A stretch of 64,000 bases of DNA, from positions 64,001-128,000 of IMG/VR virus record IMGVR_UViG_3300021387_001614; one strand, given 5' to 3'. Below the pieces are notes generated by a model. It had not been told where the DNA came from and did not search any database. It saw only the letters and a list, made by a program, of their open reading frames with translations. Position 1 is the first letter of the stretch; each line of letters begins with the position of its first letter. A program made the translations under genes and the position numbers. The DNA is from a virus. Taxonomy: Duplodnaviria; Caudoviricetes. Below are positions 60,793 to 64,000 of this stretch, in pieces.

Positions 60793-61095
60793 TTATCCTA
60801 TTAAATGATATCCTTCTTTTTCAGCATAATCTTGTGCAATCCTCATTGCATCTTCATAAGTATTATATGGGCCGTCAACATATCCGGCAGATGAATTTTG
60901 TAAATCTTCCGCTTCATTTCTTTCTACAACGGTACAAATGGTATCCTCATAGCCAATGGTTTCAATTGCCACATAATAGCCATCAGGCAGTGGTTCATTA
61001 TCCCATCCGTCGTAAATCTCTTCTTTTAAAACCCTTCTTATTGACTCTTTTACAATTCTATGCAAATCTGATTCTGTTAAGTTAATTTTTTTCAT
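60793..61095 (-). CDS. Small acidic protein with N-terminal LTESDL tag
   Basis: MKKINLTESDLHRIVKESIRRVLKE; late motif 61109-61116. Confidence 0.8.
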   Translation of the reverse strand: MKKINLTESDLHRIVKESIRRVLKEEIYDGWDNEPLPDGYYVAIETIGYEDTICTVVERNEAEDLQNSSAGYVDGPYNTYEDAMRIAQDYAEKEGYHLIG

Positions 61096-61149
61096 AAAAA
61101 ACTTTTCTTATAAATATCTTTGATACAAAAAACAAAAATTTAACTTTTC

Positions 61150-61181
61150 TTTGCTTTTTCAAAAAAAAATCCGTATATTTG
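61150..61181 (+). promoter_or_regulatory. Bacteroidota sigma-A-type promoter
   Basis: TTTG-N20-TATATTTG. Confidence 0.85.
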
Positions 61182-61197
61182 CATAAAAAAAGAAAAA

Positions 61198-62364
61198 ATG
61201 AAGAGAACTATTGCAAGTGAATATGTAAGTTTTGGTCATCCCGATAAAATAGCAGACCAAATAAGTGATGCGCTATTAGATGCGATACTGTTACAAGATT
61301 CAAACCCACGAACGGGTATTGAGGTTATGGTTAAAGATAATGTTGTGGTACTTGGTGGTGAAATAAATACCACTGCACACATAGATTATGATAGCGTTGT
61401 AAGAAGGGTTTTTAAAAAATTTAATTTTTCTTCAGAACATGGGCTTTCTCCCGAAAAGATTAAAATAATTAACCTCATTGGAAAACAATCACCCGAAATA
61501 CACAATGGTGTAGATAAAAAGGGTGGTGAAATTGGCGCGGGTGACCAAGGCTTTGTTGTTGGCTTTGCCACAAATGAAACAGAAGAATTTCTTCCGCTTG
61601 GATATTATATTGCTAAAAAAATATGTACTTATGTAAGTAAAAAGATGGAAGGGGTTGGACCGGATGCAAAATCACAAGTCATTGTAACATATGATGAAAA
61701 CGGTAATTCTACAATAGATTCAATACTTGTATCAACAATGCATGGAGAAAGTGTAAGTCTTTCTTACATTAGAGAAAATGTTGCGGACGCAATTGTTTGT
61801 AACAAGGTTGGGTTTAGCGATGTTGTTTATAAAAAAATAGTAGATGGGTTTTCAAAACGTTTAAATATCATGGTTAATCCCTGTGGCGAATGGAGAATGG
61901 GCGGTCCCGTTTCTGACTGTGGTTTAACCGGAAGAAAAATAGTTGTTGACCAATATGGTGGCTATTGCAATGTGGGTGGTGGCGCTTTTAGTGGAAAAGA
62001 CATGACAAAGGTTGACCGTTCAGCCGCATATATGGCACGATATCTCGCAAGAAACATTGTAGGTAGCGGCATTTGTAATAACGCCAAAATAGAGATTTCT
62101 TATACGATAGGCGTTCCTGAACCAAGTTCATTAAATATTGAAATGGATATAAATCATGAAAAGTCAGAAAAAATTAAAACTTTTATATTAGAAAATATAG
62201 ACCTCACACCAAAGGGAATTATGGAACGATTTAGACACTCGATACCGCGTTATGAGCATCTTGCAGAATATGGACATTTTGGAAATGGCAAAAATGCAAC
62301 ATATTATCCATGGGAGGTAAATGATTTTTCCGAAAAATTAAAGGTTTATCTTGAAAATACATGA
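61198..62364 (+). CDS. metK: S-adenosylmethionine synthetase
   Basis: SE.V..GHPDKIADQISDA, GAGDQG, GLTGRKIVVDQYG, GGGAFSGKD.TKVDRSAAY. Confidence 0.96.
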   Translation: MKRTIASEYVSFGHPDKIADQISDALLDAILLQDSNPRTGIEVMVKDNVVVLGGEINTTAHIDYDSVVRRVFKKFNFSSEHGLSPEKIKIINLIGKQSPEIHNGVDKKGGEIGAGDQGFVVGFATNETEEFLPLGYYIAKKICTYVSKKMEGVGPDAKSQVIVTYDENGNSTIDSILVSTMHGESVSLSYIRENVADAIVCNKVGFSDVVYKKIVDGFSKRLNIMVNPCGEWRMGGPVSDCGLTGRKIVVDQYGGYCNVGGGAFSGKDMTKVDRSAAYMARYLARNIVGSGICNNAKIEISYTIGVPEPSSLNIEMDINHEKSEKIKTFILENIDLTPKGIMERFRHSIPRYEHLAEYGHFGNGKNATYYPWEVNDFSEKLKVYLENT

Positions 62365-63524
62365 GGCAAACAATAAGAAAACAGATTAGAAATGCAAATG
62401 AAGATATAATAAAGGAAAAGGATATTTTAACGCTTTTAATAGACGCTAACAATCTTCTTAAAATATCTCTCGTTGATAAACGAATGAATGGAAGGGGTGA
62501 AGAATATGGTGCGGTGTACCAGTTTCTTTATCAATTACATAAGTTTCTTGGTGTGCGCGACTTTGACTATGTTTATTGCCTGTACGATGGTGATAAAAGC
62601 GGTCAGTTAAGGTATGATGTTTATAGCGATTATAAGGCGAACAGAGATAAACATTATGATAATGAACAGACAGAGTATGATAGAAAAATAAACGAATATT
62701 GTAAAAAAGTTATTGCATATCATAAAGGAAACAAAGCAGCAGTAAAACGCACGGAAACTGACGATGAAGTGTTTCAGAGACAACGTGCCATTTTGCAGGC
62801 AATACTTGAGGAGGTTTTTGTTAGACAAGTTATGTGTGACAAGGTTGAGGGTGATGACCTTATTGCTTATTACGTTAAAAATAAAAAACCAAACGAAAAA
62901 ATAGTTATTGTATCCGGCGATAGAGACCTAACACAATTAATATCAGATGACGTTACTATTTATATACCTTCATTAAAAAAATATGTAACCCCAAAAAATT
63001 CAGAAGAGTTGTTGGGTATTACACACGAAAACATTGTATTAAAGAAAATATTATGTGGCGACGCATCAGATAATATAAAGGGCATTAAAGGCTTAGGCGA
63101 GACCACATTGGTTAAACTTTTTCCCAAAATAAAAAGGGAAAAAATGACATTAGATGAGGTTATTATATCATCGAAAAAAATGTTAGAAGAGAGGCAAAAA
63201 GAGAAAAAGAAGCCACTTAAATCCCTTGAAAATATTGTTAATAGAATAACTGACGGAATACAAGGCGAGAATATATATGAGATAAATGAAAAAATTATAG
63301 ATTTATCAAAACCAATGTTAACAGAAGATGCTGAGGACATAATGAACTCATTAATGTATGCGCCAATAGACCCAGAAGGAAGAGACATGAAAAACGCATA
63401 TACCATAATTCAAAGTCAAGATATGCAGGATTTGCTTAAAGAAAATTCATTTGGAAACTTGTTTGGCATATTCGAAGGGCTTATAAAAAGAGAAAAAATG
63501 AGGTTTGAAGCAAAAAAAAGTTAA
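62361..63524 (+). CDS. 5'-3' exonuclease / flap endonuclease (T4 RNase H or PolI N-terminal type)
   Basis: LLIDANN, YKANR, EGDDLIA, SGDRDLTQL, GDASDNIKGIKGLG. Confidence 0.92.
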   Translation: MRQTIRKQIRNANEDIIKEKDILTLLIDANNLLKISLVDKRMNGRGEEYGAVYQFLYQLHKFLGVRDFDYVYCLYDGDKSGQLRYDVYSDYKANRDKHYDNEQTEYDRKINEYCKKVIAYHKGNKAAVKRTETDDEVFQRQRAILQAILEEVFVRQVMCDKVEGDDLIAYYVKNKKPNEKIVIVSGDRDLTQLISDDVTIYIPSLKKYVTPKNSEELLGITHENIVLKKILCGDASDNIKGIKGLGETTLVKLFPKIKREKMTLDEVIISSKKMLEERQKEKKKPLKSLENIVNRITDGIQGENIYEINEKIIDLSKPMLTEDAEDIMNSLMYAPIDPEGRDMKNAYTIIQSQDMQDLLKENSFGNLFGIFEGLIKREKMRFEAKKS

Positions 63525-63530
63525 AAATAA

Positions 63531-63562
63531 TTTGTTTTTTAACAATTTTTTAAGTATATTTG
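63531..63562 (+). promoter_or_regulatory. Bacteroidota sigma-A-type promoter
   Basis: TTTG-N20-TATATTTG. Confidence 0.8.
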
Positions 63563-63608
63563 CATCGAAATATTTTTTTATGTTAAACAATTTAATTTTT
63601 TTTAAAAA

Positions 63609-64000
63609 ATGAACGAAACAAAAGATTACAAAGAAGAGAGATTTGAGTTTGCGCTTTATGTAAATAACAATGTAATATGCAAGCGAAATTTTAAAATCAA
63701 CAATTTTATTGAACACAGCATGGAAACTGCTGAGTTTAAGAACAGAATCGATTCGATAGTAGAAACAATTAAAAACGACCTGAAATCAAAGAGTAGGGTT
63801 TACACTTGGTATTATTTTAATCCTGAATTTCCCGATGCCAACAAGGAGGCTACTGCTGAATTTACGTCACCCCTTATTAAACCATGGGAGTGTACCTTTA
63901 AGTTCGTGGTATCTGATAATAAAAGGGTTGTGATTTCGAAAATTTGGGATGGCGGCGTTTATCCAAAGGCAATACGAGATAAGGTTGACCTTGCAAACAA
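63609..64000 (+). CDS. Hypothetical protein, partial (runs off the window end)
   Basis: ATG 63609, MNETKDYKEERFEF..., open to the edge. Confidence 0.7.
   Translation, partial: MNETKDYKEERFEFALYVNNNVICKRNFKINNFIEHSMETAEFKNRIDSIVETIKNDLKSKSRVYTWYYFNPEFPDANKEATAEFTSPLIKPWECTFKFVVSDNKRVVISKIWDGGVYPKAIRDKVDLAN

Noticed and set aside
1-64000. Stop-codon reassignment as in Lak or some crAss-like phages
   Set aside because: Long genes (sheath, polymerase, fibre, tape measure) are uninterrupted in the standard code and coding density is high.

Overview
This window is part of an AT-rich, T4-like contractile-tailed (jumbo-type) phage genome, most likely infecting Bacteroidota. The host call rests on TTTG-N19/20-TAnnTTTG promoters and A-rich starts without Shine-Dalgarno sequences. 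Structural genes include tape measure, tube, sheath, neck, baseplate and fibre-like proteins. Replication and metabolic genes include a family B DNA polymerase, SNF2 helicase, 5'-3' exonuclease, gp55-like sigma factor, four glycosyltransferases, an IMPDH/GMPR-family enzyme and MetK. The main signal is a short amphipathic peptide (consensus KKxIxLTESDLxxIVKESVxRVLKE, plus a KIxLxExQFKxL variant). It is attached to about 15 unrelated minus-strand proteins lying in operons behind a conserved late-type motif (TATTTATA on the coding strand). The carriers include ART-like, PRTase-like, WYL, cyclic-phosphate receiver, ferritin-like and very acidic proteins. I infer a capsid-targeting, protease-cleaved tag that loads a varied set of injected effectors. 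A 2.5 kb IS1595-family element (26-bp terminal inverted repeats) has broken a homing endonuclease gene. It carries a cargo gene with this same tag and late motif, back-to-back with a gene behind a host-type promoter, which suggests a mobile element exploiting virion packaging. No CRISPR array, tRNA, rRNA or reverse transcriptase was recognised. All functional calls come from reading motifs by eye; no database searches were run.
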